NCBI GenBank assembly: GCA_965649765.1
Contig: OZ287758.1
Span: 53,630,001 to 53,694,000, forward strand
Direction: 5' to 3'
From: Bispira polyomma
Lineage: Eukaryota
Length of the DNA stretch: 64,000 nucleotides
A model generated the notes under the pieces. That model did no database searches. It was not told the DNA's origin and worked only from the letters and a program-made list of their open reading frames with translations. The stretch's first letter is position 1. Each line of letters starts with the position of its first letter. Position numbers and translations under genes: made by a program. Below, one piece after another: positions 37,028 to 48,720 of the stretch.

Positions 37028-38085
37028 GCCCCTTTCTTATGACATTCACTAGTCTGGTGGCTACCCTCACATGTCTCGCAATGATGTTTATATAACTGAC
37101 CTCCAGTATTGTGAGAGCTGGGAAATCGACAATTTCCTTCCTGATAAAAGCGACAAGACATTGCACCCTTACGACGTACAGACTTACTGCTACTCGAGTT
37201 ACTTGGCCGTCCATTCGCCCCAGAGGAATTTCTACTGTTCGACACATGGCGCTGAGCATGGGCTCTTCGGATTCGATCCATCTTATCTACCTCTAGCCAC
37301 CCCAACTTATCCATCTCCATACTTGTCAATACGACTGCATGGCAGGCCTTAGCTGACTCCCAAGAAAAATCCTGGGCATCCTCCATAAGACCCCCCATGT
37401 AATCCAGCATGGCATTCTTCACTTCGATCGACTTCTCCTCGTGGGCAATCCGAGCGAAACCACACACCCATTGCAACACGGTTAACTCATCGTAGCTAGG
37501 CCGAGACTTAGAACTACCCGTGAGCACATAGTTTTGAGGCCAAGCGGTGACCTTTTTTACCAACACCTCATTCGCCCCACTACGCTGGGACTTCAGTTTA
37601 CCTTGCGAGGTGGTCTCATTCAACGTCTTGAGATCTTTCAATCTCTGCTCCACTTGGAGCTGTATTAGGGCATTCTGGTTTAAAAAATCTATGCCAGGAA
37701 TTATACTGTCGGACGTAGCGATAGATGGGCTCTTACCTACGCCAGCAGAGCAACTAGCAGGCCTGTCAACACTAGAACTAATCAAACTACTACTTGCCTG
37801 AACGGGGACCTGATGACTGGGCTGACTACTGGTGAGGTTCGTCGCCAATGCTGCCTCATTCCTCTGAACCCGCTGGTCCATTTTTACCATTAACTCGTTC
37901 ATCGAGTGCAGTTGGAGTAGTATCGCGTTCGTAACTGCATCGCCAGACTCACCGTTTGCGGGTTCAGTGTCAGAGGCAGCATCGATCTCCTCCCCAGAGG
38001 CAGAGTCAACGGTTGCAATAACGCAATTTCGCCCTACAGGACGCTCATGTTTGGTTAAACATCGACTACACTCATAGACAGGCAT
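37018..38085 (-). CDS. Gag-like ORF1 of element 2
   Basis: 355 aa with an N-terminal CSRCLTKHERPVGRNC finger, coiled coils and a C-terminal CRFYQEGNC...H...HHCETC...H....C cluster; homologous to the element-1 ORF1. Confidence 0.9.
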   Translation of the reverse strand: MPVYECSRCLTKHERPVGRNCVIATVDSASGEEIDAASDTEPANGESGDAVTNAILLQLHSMNELMVKMDQRVQRNEAALATNLTSSQPSHQVPVQASSSLISSSVDRPASCSAGVGKSPSIATSDSIIPGIDFLNQNALIQLQVEQRLKDLKTLNETTSQGKLKSQRSGANEVLVKKVTAWPQNYVLTGSSKSRPSYDELTVLQWVCGFARIAHEEKSIEVKNAMLDYMGGLMEDAQDFSWESAKACHAVVLTSMEMDKLGWLEVDKMDRIRRAHAQRHVSNSRNSSGANGRPSNSSSSKSVRRKGAMSCRFYQEGNCRFPSSHNTGGQLYKHHCETCEGSHQTSECHKKGAKN

Positions 38086-38143
38086 AACTAAAAGGTGTTT
38101 CCACTAAAATACTGTAAAATATAAAAACATATACACCACCAAC

Positions 38144-38231
38144 AAAATGGCACCCAAACAATTTTAAACTAGTTGTTGCTCTGCTGACGAACGATAAAGG
38201 CGGGAGATTTTGAAAAGGAGAGCCTTATATA
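38144..38231 (-). promoter_or_regulatory. Putative internal Pol II promoter of element 2 (TATATAA; GCCATTTT YY1-like motif)
   Basis: TATATAA at 38231-38225 and GCCATTTT at 38151-38144. Element 1 has CGCCATTTT (8050) and TATAAAA (8063). Both share a tattttagtg.aaac block upstream of gag. Confidence 0.5.
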
Positions 38232-38879
38232 GTCGTACACCATCCCATAATAGTAGACCAGGCTGGTACCCCAGAACTGAGGCCACGAACGCTGAGGGCA
38301 TTCGCTTACACATCTCTATTAGGGGTACTGGTGTTACATTCAGACAAAAAGGATGGTAATAATCCCTGCCTTCGATATGTGTTTAAACACTTTACCTGTA
38401 GAATGTTGAGAAAGTGGACAGACTGTACTACATCTGTTATACCAAAGCAGTAATTGACTCTATCGCTTACCATTTCAGAGATATTCGCCATTTGATGAAA
38501 ATTGAGGAGGGCTGCTAGAAAATCTCTCTCCCATTCGCCACTGTGGTGAAACAGCTAATTTTGGTAAATATTCAAGAAATATTATTATGCTGTATAAACC
38601 ATACATTTATCCATTTAATTTATATATACGCATATGTGGCTGTGTTTTACACCTAAGATATCGATTTGTGTTATTATTATTACAGTCATTAGTGCTGAAA
38701 TTACTGCCAAATTAATTTAAATGATCATATTATAGAAATGAAATCGGATAATGAAATTTGGCAAAATAATGCTGAAGTGTTATGTCAATGATAAAACAAA
38801 ACAATCAAGTATGTTTGAAAATGCACGGCTTTGGTTAAAATATTCAATTCTAGAGTTTTTGAGGCAAGAGATATAGAAT

Positions 38880-39030
38880 TGCATCCCCCAGTTAACAAAA
38901 TATAACAGATATATATTAATGAAAATAGAAGTCAGTGCATCAATTCCACTCCGGGTCAGAATGAAATCAATTGATTTGGATTTATATAAGGCTAAGAGCA
39001 TTATAATTGGTCAGTACATAGCTCAAGCAC
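38880..39030 (-). pseudogene. GPCR 5' fragment (ICL1-TM2)
   Basis: KSKSIDFILTRSGIDALTSIF versus KSKSSYFILNQSVIDALTSIF in the intact GPCRs. Confidence 0.8.
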
Positions 39031-40161
39031 CAACATAGCTGATGCAACAATAGGTATAAGACAAAATTTCACATCACAATATACATTTTCAAAAACTAAA
39101 CATTTTTTATGTTTTTTAAAATTTATCTTTTAAGCTGTCCATTTTGTAAAAAGTAATTCATCTGTGTAAAACTGATTTAACCTTAACTGTTAGAACAAAT
39201 TACAACCATTGTCCCATTCCATTATGACAAAAAAATATAAACATCTGGTAAATGATACCCTGATTATGTATGTTGTTCTAATAAATTGTTGATATACAAG
39301 GATATGAGAACAACAGTGAGTGCACATCCCTTCAACTTTTAGATTATGATAAACTGGTTTTCAATCAAATAAATTAGAATGTCATATGTTATTTAACCAC
39401 ATATTTGTTCAGCACATATCTTTAGTTTTACAGTGTGATTAACTAGTTCTAAGAAAAGAAACATGCATGTCACTTGTAATATGTTTACATCACTGAGTAA
39501 TGGGAGTAATCCATATTCCAGGATATGCTGTGTTTGCTAGCACATTTTTCAAACGTTCCACACAAATGCATTGCACATTGTTCATGGTATGATTCAAGTA
39601 GCAAAACAACAGTAGTTTTCACATTCATAATTTGATGTTGATTACATCTTTACCATGTCCCATTATTCAATTTTTAATACTATCACAAAATAAAAACAAT
39701 AATGCCAGCTTTCTCTTTTGCGATATTTATTTGCTTATTTATTTCAATACTTTAAACAGCACAAAATAAATTGGTTTCCTTTTCTATGTAGTCAGTTATT
39801 TTGTAATTGACTCATTGTAACAATGCTAACTCTTGAACAACTAGAAACATGGCAATCAGAGGATAGAAAGTTTTCCTTTTCATTGTGTTGCCAGACCTCT
39901 AAATGACATTTATTCAATGTTACTTTGAACTAAAGCAGTGTTGAGAGATCAAACATGCACTAAATTCTTCTTAACAAAATTAAGCTTCATTCACATTTGT
40001 TTGCATCGCAGACTACAAAATTTGGCCAGTATGTAAGTCCACTGAATATGATCTGTAACATTCAATTAGGTGTACAAAAGAAACCGTTTGTTACAATAAA
40101 TACTTTGAACTATCTGACAGCAACAAAAACTTCAGCAAATGAATATACCACCACATCACTT

Positions 40162-41029
40162 CGCAACGGGAAAAATTGTCCAGCTGTTTTCCACTTGACA
40201 TTCTTGGCAGCAGGTTTTTTCCAGCTGACAAAGTACGAAACCTGGGTGTGGTGTTCGACTCTGAATTTTCCTTCTCGAACCATGTCGCATCGGTGTGTAG
40301 ATCATGTTTTGTTGGCCTCCGTGATTTCAGGCGGATTCGACGCTATCTTTTAAAATCCACTGCAATCACTGTTGCCAATGCTTTGGTCAGCAGCAGGCTT
40401 GATTACTGCAACTCTCTGTTCCGTTCCTTATCTCGTAGTGATCTCAGACGCCTTCAGAATATCCAACACTCCTTGGCACGTATTGTGACCAAAACATCTA
40501 AATTTTCCCATATTACTCCTGTACTGAAGTCACTGCACTGGCTCCCAATAAAATATTGTGTTGCTTTCAAAACAGCAACAATAATATATAAATTTCTAAA
40601 TTCTGGATTACCCACTTATTTTAGCCCCCATCTATCCAAATATACATGCTCAGTCAGGACTAGGCGCAGTTACCCTGATAAATTATACCTTAACATTCCC
40701 ACTTTCGACCCTCGCATCCACAAATCCAAAGTTCAGTTCAATCACTGCCTAGCTCATGATGGCCCCCTCATTTGGAACAGCCTACCTGATCATGTTCGCC
40801 TGGCTCAAACCTTCTCCTCTTTCCGGAGTAAGCTGAAGGCCTACCTTTTTGAACAGGCTTTTCCACCTTAGCCGTCGCAACCACCTATGGTAGCCTCCCT
40901 GGTTACGACTTCCATCCGCCCACTATTTTTGATTTGCGATTAACGTTTTGGGTTTGTTGCGCCTTAGAATTTGTTGTACAAAGATTAAGCGCTATAAAAG
41001 TACGACTAGATTAGATTAGATTAGATTAG
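40162..41029 (+). mobile_element. 5'-truncated L2-clade LINE with TSD
   Basis: Open C-terminal ORF2 part (VRNLGVVFD, SRLDYCNSL, LHWLPI, WNSLP...LF.QAFPP), (tagat)n tail and 7-bp TSD atcactt (40155-40161 / 41030-41036). Confidence 0.92.
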
Positions 41030-41989
41030 ATCACTTGGACAATTTTAAACGATTATCTGTGTGTTTTGAAGTAAAATATATCATAAACTGTGAATTGTGA
41101 GAAGAAGAGCCAATCAGTACTTGTGACTATAAACTGCCCAAAAGCTATTGTTTGTTTTGGGTTATTGTTTTGGGATATTGTTTTGGGACATGAAGTGGAC
41201 AGTCATGACCTTCACTGATTTAAAACATTAAAAAAATTGCAAGCAGAAGTAATTATATTACCAGTGAATTGTAAACAAATATATATTTGTAAATATTTGA
41301 CAAAAGAATAAAAAACACATTTTGATGATATTGAATGTCATGCAAACAAAACTAGTTAAATCTTTAGGCACACCCTTGGAAAAATACTAATGAAACTAAT
41401 GTGCTGTAAATTGTTTAATCATGGTATCGTATATATCATGTATAAACCAAATCTAAAACATCACTTGATTTTTGCCACACCTAAAAATTAATTAATAGCA
41501 TGCAATGCATATCAGCTATCACACAAAATAATAAATTTAAAAACATAATACAGGAAATATAATCATAAAATGAAAACTGATAAAACCTAATATTCATATT
41601 AATCACATGGGTTTAGTAAAAACACCCTCTTTAAAGTAAAACAACTGTGTAAATAAATTGTCTTTGGAGTAGTCCTTATGAGTGTAAAATACAGCCTCTA
41701 TTTGTGACCAATCACTTTCAAATGAGCTTTCAAGTTGTTTTTATATGTCAAGAAAACTACAGAATTATGCTGGGTATGAAGTGGAGCTTAGGTATTTTAG
41801 TGGTTTTATCAGTAACGACAAGAGAGTTTCTGTATACTCCCCAAGATTTAGATTAGTGTAAAATAATTTCCTCTATTAAAACAAGTTCCTCTATTGACAG
41901 TTCTCACAATACCTACGGAATCAGACCTACAATTAGTTTTCACAATGCTACAACTAAAGGATACATGGAAGTCAGAAATGGTGAATAAC

Positions 41990-43440
41990 CGGTTGCATAA
42001 TGCATAATGCATAATTTTGAATACCTTGTAGGCTGGCAAATGTACTTTGGCATTAACTAGTGCAGATTTTAAAAAAGATCAATAAATGATTATACTTCGA
42101 TGTTGAAAGGGAGTTGTTTGAATTCCTAGTACTGATCAATTTCACCGTAGTATTTTGGATTAGTGTTGTATATATTTTGACAATTTGTTTAAACAACTTC
42201 ACTGTGTGGCTTAACTTACTTGGGCAACTTACTAGTAAGTGTGAAGTTTCTTTCTCCCCCTTACAAAGGCCACATGTTGAATCAATTCTTATTCTCATGT
42301 TGTTTAAAAGAAATTTTGTGGCAATATATGGTTTAAGATACGATATTAACAAACAATATTATAACCACCAGTACACTTGAAATATACATTCCATGCCCTT
42401 TAAATGTGGGCTGGACCCCCTCAATGTTTTGGTCAATGTTTTGTCCTAAGTTCAGTATAATTGTTATCACTGTGCTGTTTCAGTATTATGATTTTGTAAA
42501 AATGTCGACTACCTCTATATCATCTGCATACTAATTGCATTTGAATAGGTCTATAAAGCCTATTTCTTTTAAATGCTTCTCTTAGCCTGCGCTTCCTTTC
42601 AGCATGTTTTTATCGCCCGATGTCGGCCGACGTCAGCCGATTTTTTTCCCTCATTATACAATACTTTCAGCAGACTTGCATCAGATCCGATCAGACATCA
42701 GCCGACGTCTGTTTGGCCAACATATTTTATCTCTCAGGGAGGGAAAAAATCGGGAGGACTGTCTGATTTTGAAACAAAAATGTCTGCAAAACTGCTATCA
42801 TATGTATAGTTTTCATCCTATATATACTCAATATTCGTCAGATATTGACGTTGAAAATTGAAAAGCCAACATCCGACGAATATTGGGTATATATAAGATG
42901 AAAGGAAGCGCTACATTGGCCGACGTCGTACACACACAAATCGGCCGAGGTCGGAATATGCTGAAAGGAAGCGTAGGCTTAGACTTGTTTTTTCCGGTGG
43001 AAGTCAATAAATTTAACTGATATATGAAATATTTCTTGTACATGTGAAATATGTGGGTTATACCATAGAGGAGGGAACTTTAGATCATTAATATCCCACT
43101 CCATGCTTTCAAAATCATATGGCAGAAAAGGTCTGTTACTTTTTTCATTACTACTTTTGACCACAGACCCCAAAACCAAAAGTTTTCCTTGTGAATTTAA
43201 CATTGCAATTTACCAACTTGGTGCAATGCGCATCATCGTCTTTAATTAGCCTTCTTACCATAGTCTTTTGCTATCAGTTTTCTATTTACTTTGCGGATTT
43301 TTGCGTCCCATTAAAAGTTGTACAAGTCATTGTTTATTTATTTAGTCTTTTGGTCTTGGTATTGAAATAAGCAGGTTGTTGAATTTTGGCTTTTATTACA
43401 GTGATTTTTTTCAAGAGGTGTGGGATACCGCTTTCTCCAA
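41990..43440 (-). mobile_element. L1/Tx1-type ORF2 3' fragment, interrupted by a MITE
   Basis: LYNF*WDAKIRKVNRKLIAKDYG (~43250-43330; post-RT FxW..K motif) and a zf-RVT-like CGLCKGEKETSHLL.SCP (~42220-42275). Confidence 0.65.
42585..42978. mobile_element. PIF/Harbinger-type MITE
   Basis: TIR gcctgcgcttcctttcagcat / atgctgaaaggaagcgtaggc flanked by a TTA duplication. Confidence 0.85.
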
Positions 43441-44099
43441 GGACTTATTTGGTTACTTAGACATTTAACGATAGGGCTATAATTAAAATCAATGATCAAT
43501 TAGTAATTTGAATTCAGCTGTCCCCCACCCTAATGGTTTTGCTGAAACTTGTCAGTGTTTACCTGCAAACCAGACATAGTACAATAAATCCCTACAAGTC
43601 TCTACTTCAATCTTATATTAATGTAGTGCCGTCAACGGACTATGTTAGTTTTATTGCCATCTAAATGATATTACTCTCTTTAAGGGTTTAGTGACGTAAA
43701 CACAAAAAACGATTGCCGCTAAACCATGTTATGTGTGCTCGTGGTTCTCAGAAACTGCACAACTTTTTCTTTGTGGCCTTAAACTCAATTTATGGATAAC
43801 ATATTTACATTTTCATGAGTAGAAATAATAAAGAATAACCTATATATTAATTACATACCAATTTATATATTTTACGTATCATTTTAATAGGTATCTTGAC
43901 ACATACAATACATATAGCAGTGTGTCAAATTGTAACTAAAATGGGTAATATTTTCAAAGTACATGACTGATTGTGGGCAATTATCAGATACAATATATGT
44001 GCCCATTTATATTTACATATTTTTGGGTAAGTAAATGTATACATAAGTGGTGTTCATTACCTTGATATTATGATAGTTATCAAGGGAATCATACTGTGT

Positions 44100-46270
44100 A
44101 CCCAACATGGGACCCAAACAACACAGTGCCAGGAGCAACAACCGATAGTTTTGTACTAAATGTAAATTAATCAAAGAATACCTATAGGTGACCGACCACA
44201 CATTGTCTTCATCAGAATAGGACACCCCGGATCAGTCCAGTGCTCTCGGGACGACTTCTCAGCAATTGGCAGTGTGACAGCAGTAGCCAGAAGGCACCCT
44301 TAGTACAACCACTAAGGGCTTAGGTGAAGAATCTCAAGTGGAAAAAACAACAAAGAAACACGTGGGCAATGCTGATGTAATGGCAAAGCTGGACACGTTC
44401 ATGGATAAACACAGTCAACTAGAACAACGGATGAGCAGACAAGAAGGAAGGTGGGAAAGTGATTATCTCGACAAGACCCTCCACTCATAGCTCACCCAAG
44501 CAATGCAAAATCATGTGCGAACATTCGGAGTGATATCACCCGTCAGCGAGAATGACTAAACTACCAACCATGGATTTTCTGCAGGCTGACACAACGATTC
44601 AGGACCAATTGGACAGAAGATTGAGACAGTACCAGGATGTATCCAGAGACAATATTACAAACAATATTACAAGTATATTTGTAATTAAGAAATTGCTTAA
44701 ATCGGGTAGACTTTGTGTATGTGACCAGAAAGTTGAACGAACAAATGAAGATGCCAACCTATGAGAATTAGATCCTCAGTGGATGCAAGGTTATGTATGT
44801 ACCAATACCTCTTAATGTAGGTTGTGTTATATAAAATAGAGAGGGCTAACGTAACCTTGGAAGACATAGAGGAAATTGACCGATTCAGTAAGGTAACTGT
44901 TTGTCCAAAATTAGCCAAAGGCTTTTGCAAGTTTGAGGGAGATCATTTTGAATGGAAGAAATGCTAAAACATTCTTGTGGATATTGTTACAGAACTGTCT
45001 ACAAGAATAACGATCACCCTGAGAATAAATGTAACAGAAAGGTGAAGGCCCCTCATAGAGCCTTGACATTTTCAGTATATGGGAAAAGCAGGTAACCCTT
45101 TACAATGGAGTATAATTTTGCAAAGTAAACACCTGGGCTACTGAGTTGCTATTAGAAGCCCTAACATTAAAACAAATTGGGTACAAAAGGAAGTAAATAC
45201 TGGGAGACGGGTCAAGGCAGCATCCATTCTCACAGCAGTATGAAGGGAGTGTGGGAAAAGGGACACTTTAGCAAAAACAGTAGTATCCATGGTTATAGCC
45301 AATGTTTGGGATAAATGTTTCAATATTTTTAACAGTAATATTTATCCAGTATTGTGGATCATTGTATTCATAAAAACATGCATAATAGCACGAACGGGTT
45401 TTGTTTATATAGGTATTGTTCAGTAAATAAGGACAGTAGCAGCGAGGTTAGTAATTTTAGTAGGGCGTCAATAGGTGAGTATAGCAGAGGTCAAGGTCAA
45501 CCTAACTTTGGGGAAAAGTGGTAGTTTTGTTCATAATATGGGACATATGGAGGGTCTCATGAATATCACAGACTCTGACATTTTAGATCTATACAGTGAA
45601 ACGGATCAGGCCCAAAAATATTTCAGTCACAATGAAACTTGTGACCAGTCTTTTAATGTTAAAAAGGTTAATTTGGGATTGGCATAAAAGCTCCTAGTAC
45701 AAACACCCCACTTAGAACAATACAGACCAGCTATTGTGACAAGGTGGAATGGAATTTGCCTCAGAACTAAAGGGGGCAATATACGAAAATTGCTAAGGGA
45801 GTTCATACTAATTCACCTGGGTCAAGAATTACAAGTGGTCAATAATGCTAAGGGTCTTGAAATACAAGACAATGATATGGTGAAGTAGGTTACAAAGGCT
45901 CACACACAAGAAACAGGTCGGCCTAAATACAAAGCTTGACTATCTTATTTAGAAGACTTTGACCTCCCCATTTTCTGGAAATATCTCAAGTTTGGGTTTC
46001 CCTTACCACTAGATTATAGCACTTATCCATACAACTCTCACATCAGCACATCCACAATCACAACCACACATCAGCAGTTAGATACCCCCATGATGTAGAT
46101 TTAAAACAGAAATTAGTTACGAAGCCACTGTAGGGCCTTCAGCAACTAGTCCGTTTGAACAATTACATGTTTCACCTTAAATGTCTAGGCCTAAGCCAAA
46201 TGGCAGTAGACTCATCATTGTGAACTTGTAATGGCAACGAGGTAACAGTGTTGATTCTTGTATTCCACAG
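44100..46270 (+). mobile_element. Highly degraded Ngaro-lineage YR retroelement (element 3): gag and RT N-terminal remnants
   Basis: FCTKCK..PIG finger remnant (~44150). LPTMDFLQADTTIQDQLDRRL..KSGR resembles element-2 IPGIDFLNQNALIQLQVEQRL..KSQR. RT remnants: KFGFPL, NHTSAVRYPHDV, LHVSP*MSRPKP...IIVNL*WQRGNSV. Confidence 0.8.
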
Positions 46271-46599
46271 AATGACCCAGAATGACCCAGAATACTAATT
46301 ATTAATTTACAGGAGCTTACATAAACAAAAACATATTGAGTATGTTTGTATTAAGATGATTGTATCAGGATTACGCCTTTTGGAAAGCTAGTCTTGCTTT
46401 TACCACACCATGCAATTTAAGTATGACTCCCAATTAATGACGGCAAAGTAGATACTCCCACAAAGGAACTTATATGCTTATAAGTATATATCAACGCCCA
46501 TATGGGTTGTTTAATCATTCTGTTGAATAAAGTAAAGGAAGTCAAACAATTATGTTGACAATGGAAAACCAATTTAAGGGGGACTATTACGAAAGCTCT

Positions 46600-48720
46600 T
46601 ATATAATTATTGATGCATGAAGCCTGCAATCATATTGTTCAGATTCAGAATCTACAGGTTGGAAACACTTATTTCAACCACAGCGGCTCTATTTCAGCCA
46701 TCTAGGTTCCCTACTGAGAATGACGTCAGCTGGGGTTTCCCAGGGTCTCACCAAAAATATGTGAACGTCTGGCCACCTACAATTTGTACAAGTACCTGCC
46801 CTTCCTAGTTCGCACATTGGCCCAATTAGGGCTTTACAGTGTATTGTTCCCAAAGGGCCAACTGGTAGTCACAAGATCGACGGAGGAGGAGAGGAGTGAC
46901 TAGTCGTCAGTGGTGGTGGTTAATGATGTTGAAGCAGTGGTGGTTGTGGTGGTGTCGTCTGTTGGTAGTATGTCAGCAGTATCCCCCAAGCCTGCAGGAG
47001 CCCTAATGTTCTGGTAGCTGGTGTGTTTAAATCAAATCCTCCGGGGAATAAGAAAGCTCCCGAGGTATTCAGTATGTCACTGTTGTCCACTGACAGTTAT
47101 GGTAGTACGCTCCACTAGTCACACTAGTCGCCCTGCCTCCAGATATCACTTGATGGCTCTGCAGAATACCAATGGTGCTGGGCATGGATGGTAGTGCTTG
47201 TGTTGTTTTGGTTGTAATCACATGTGGTCCTGGCTGTGGTTGTTGCTGTTGCTGTGGAAGAGGCTGTGGTCTTGGTTGTTGCTGTTGTAGCGGTGGATGT
47301 TGATAGATGTAGAGTCCCTACTGTGGTGGTTGCAGAATGTAAGCTGGAGGTCGCATCTGGTAGTGGGGGAAAGCCTGAAGTGTTGTTTTTAGGGTGAAGG
47401 ACTACTCTTGAACTGCAGGAGGGAATGTTCTGGCAGTTTCTATGTCTCCTTGCTCAGCCAGTTCATATAGGCTCATCGTGTTCCCTCATCTTTAAGTTTC
47501 TTTGCCTCTGTCAGGATCCCTATAATAGTCTGTTCCATCCTGGAATCTGCTATCTCAATCCCGATCTGCCTCTCCTATCTCTCCAGGATAGGGGTAGAGG
47601 ATCAAAAGGCTATGGATGAATTTGGTGAGGCTAAGCTGGAAGACTAAATCTCGCCCCAGTCTGTATCTGCTTGGCACAACGCAGCAGGAGAATCACAAGG
47701 GGCAACCCCCTGAGAGGCTTACGCAATAAGCTTGAATTCAACAAACTTGTTGAGCTGGCATCTGATATGTGGCTTGAGGAACGAGAAGTTGGTCTTCACC
47801 CACTGCTGTCGCTCGGTCAACTCTGGGTCAGCTTGCCCGGACTTGGGCATACACAGCTTGCCAAGGATAGTCCTCTGGAATGTGAACCACTTTATCACTT
47901 CAATGTAATCCAATCCTTGGTTGAGCAGTACTACACTTATTGTAGAGCCACTAATGTTCCTTCAGGAAGTCCACCACAGCCTCCTCGTGCTCATCAGTTA
48001 ACAACACAGTTTTCATCTTTCCCTTCTTCTGTTTTCGACTCAAGGCCCCCACCTCACTGTCCAGAGTATCCTGCTGGGTATCTTGAGTTTCCTAGGTGTC
48101 CTGCATTTCTGGTATATCCAAAGTAGGCCAATTCTGCTGTTTAAAAAAATCTGGGACCTCCACTGACCCCTGTGTTTTTGGTATAGTCTCCTCATTATCT
48201 GTATCCCTCCCTTCAAACTCCCTCTCCTTCTCCTGTCTTGGCTGTATCCCCCTTTTCTTTGTAACTCTCCCCTTTCCTGGCATATTTGCAATATTTATTT
48301 ATCTAATATCACTTATTCTTTATAAGAAAAAAAGAGCTTGTTATATTTCTCCATAAAAAAATTGCAAGTAGATGTTGACTCTCTAAAAGCTGGGTTTAAT
48401 CTGATGAAAAACGAATATGCCATCTTCTTTGATACAGTCCGCTCGCACCCCTTAATTGTCCCACAAGTGATTGCTTTAAATCCCGATTTATCTTTTGTTC
48501 TGCCCGACCTATCGTTAATCTTCCCGAGTTATTTTTCCAGTCGGGGCTTTTTTGTGATTTATCGGCCGCTTCTCCCAAGTTATCTTTGCAGTTGAGGCTT
48601 CTTCGTGATTTATCGGCCACGTCTCCTAAGTTATCTTAATGACATTCCTGAGTTATCTTTATCATCGGGGCATTTCTAAAGACCTATTCTTAACATTTAA
48701 GAGGATAATTTGGGAGAAGC
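46600..48720 (-). mobile_element. Probable Harbinger transposon relic with a Myb/SANT(MADF)-like ORF remnant
   Basis: WFTFQRTILGKL...KSGQA...LTERQQWVKTNFSFLKPHI (47719-47913, -) resembles Harbinger-associated Myb/MADF proteins. It has a Gln/Pro-rich tail (~46880-47350) and subterminal repeats at 48520-48680. Boundaries are uncertain. Confidence 0.55.

Larger units (their letters stand above)
33111..38308 (-). mobile_element. Ngaro-lineage YR retrotransposon (element 2), apparently intact, ~5.2 kb, without long terminal repeats
   Basis: Open gag, RT-RH and YR ORFs. The flanks join to match the paralogous empty site at ~22900-23040 (ggccatttt...ttattgggggcac..tacaatgcagacaa). Ends TAAGCG...CACTTA with TA at both junctions; boundaries +/- ~20 bp. 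Confidence 0.92.
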
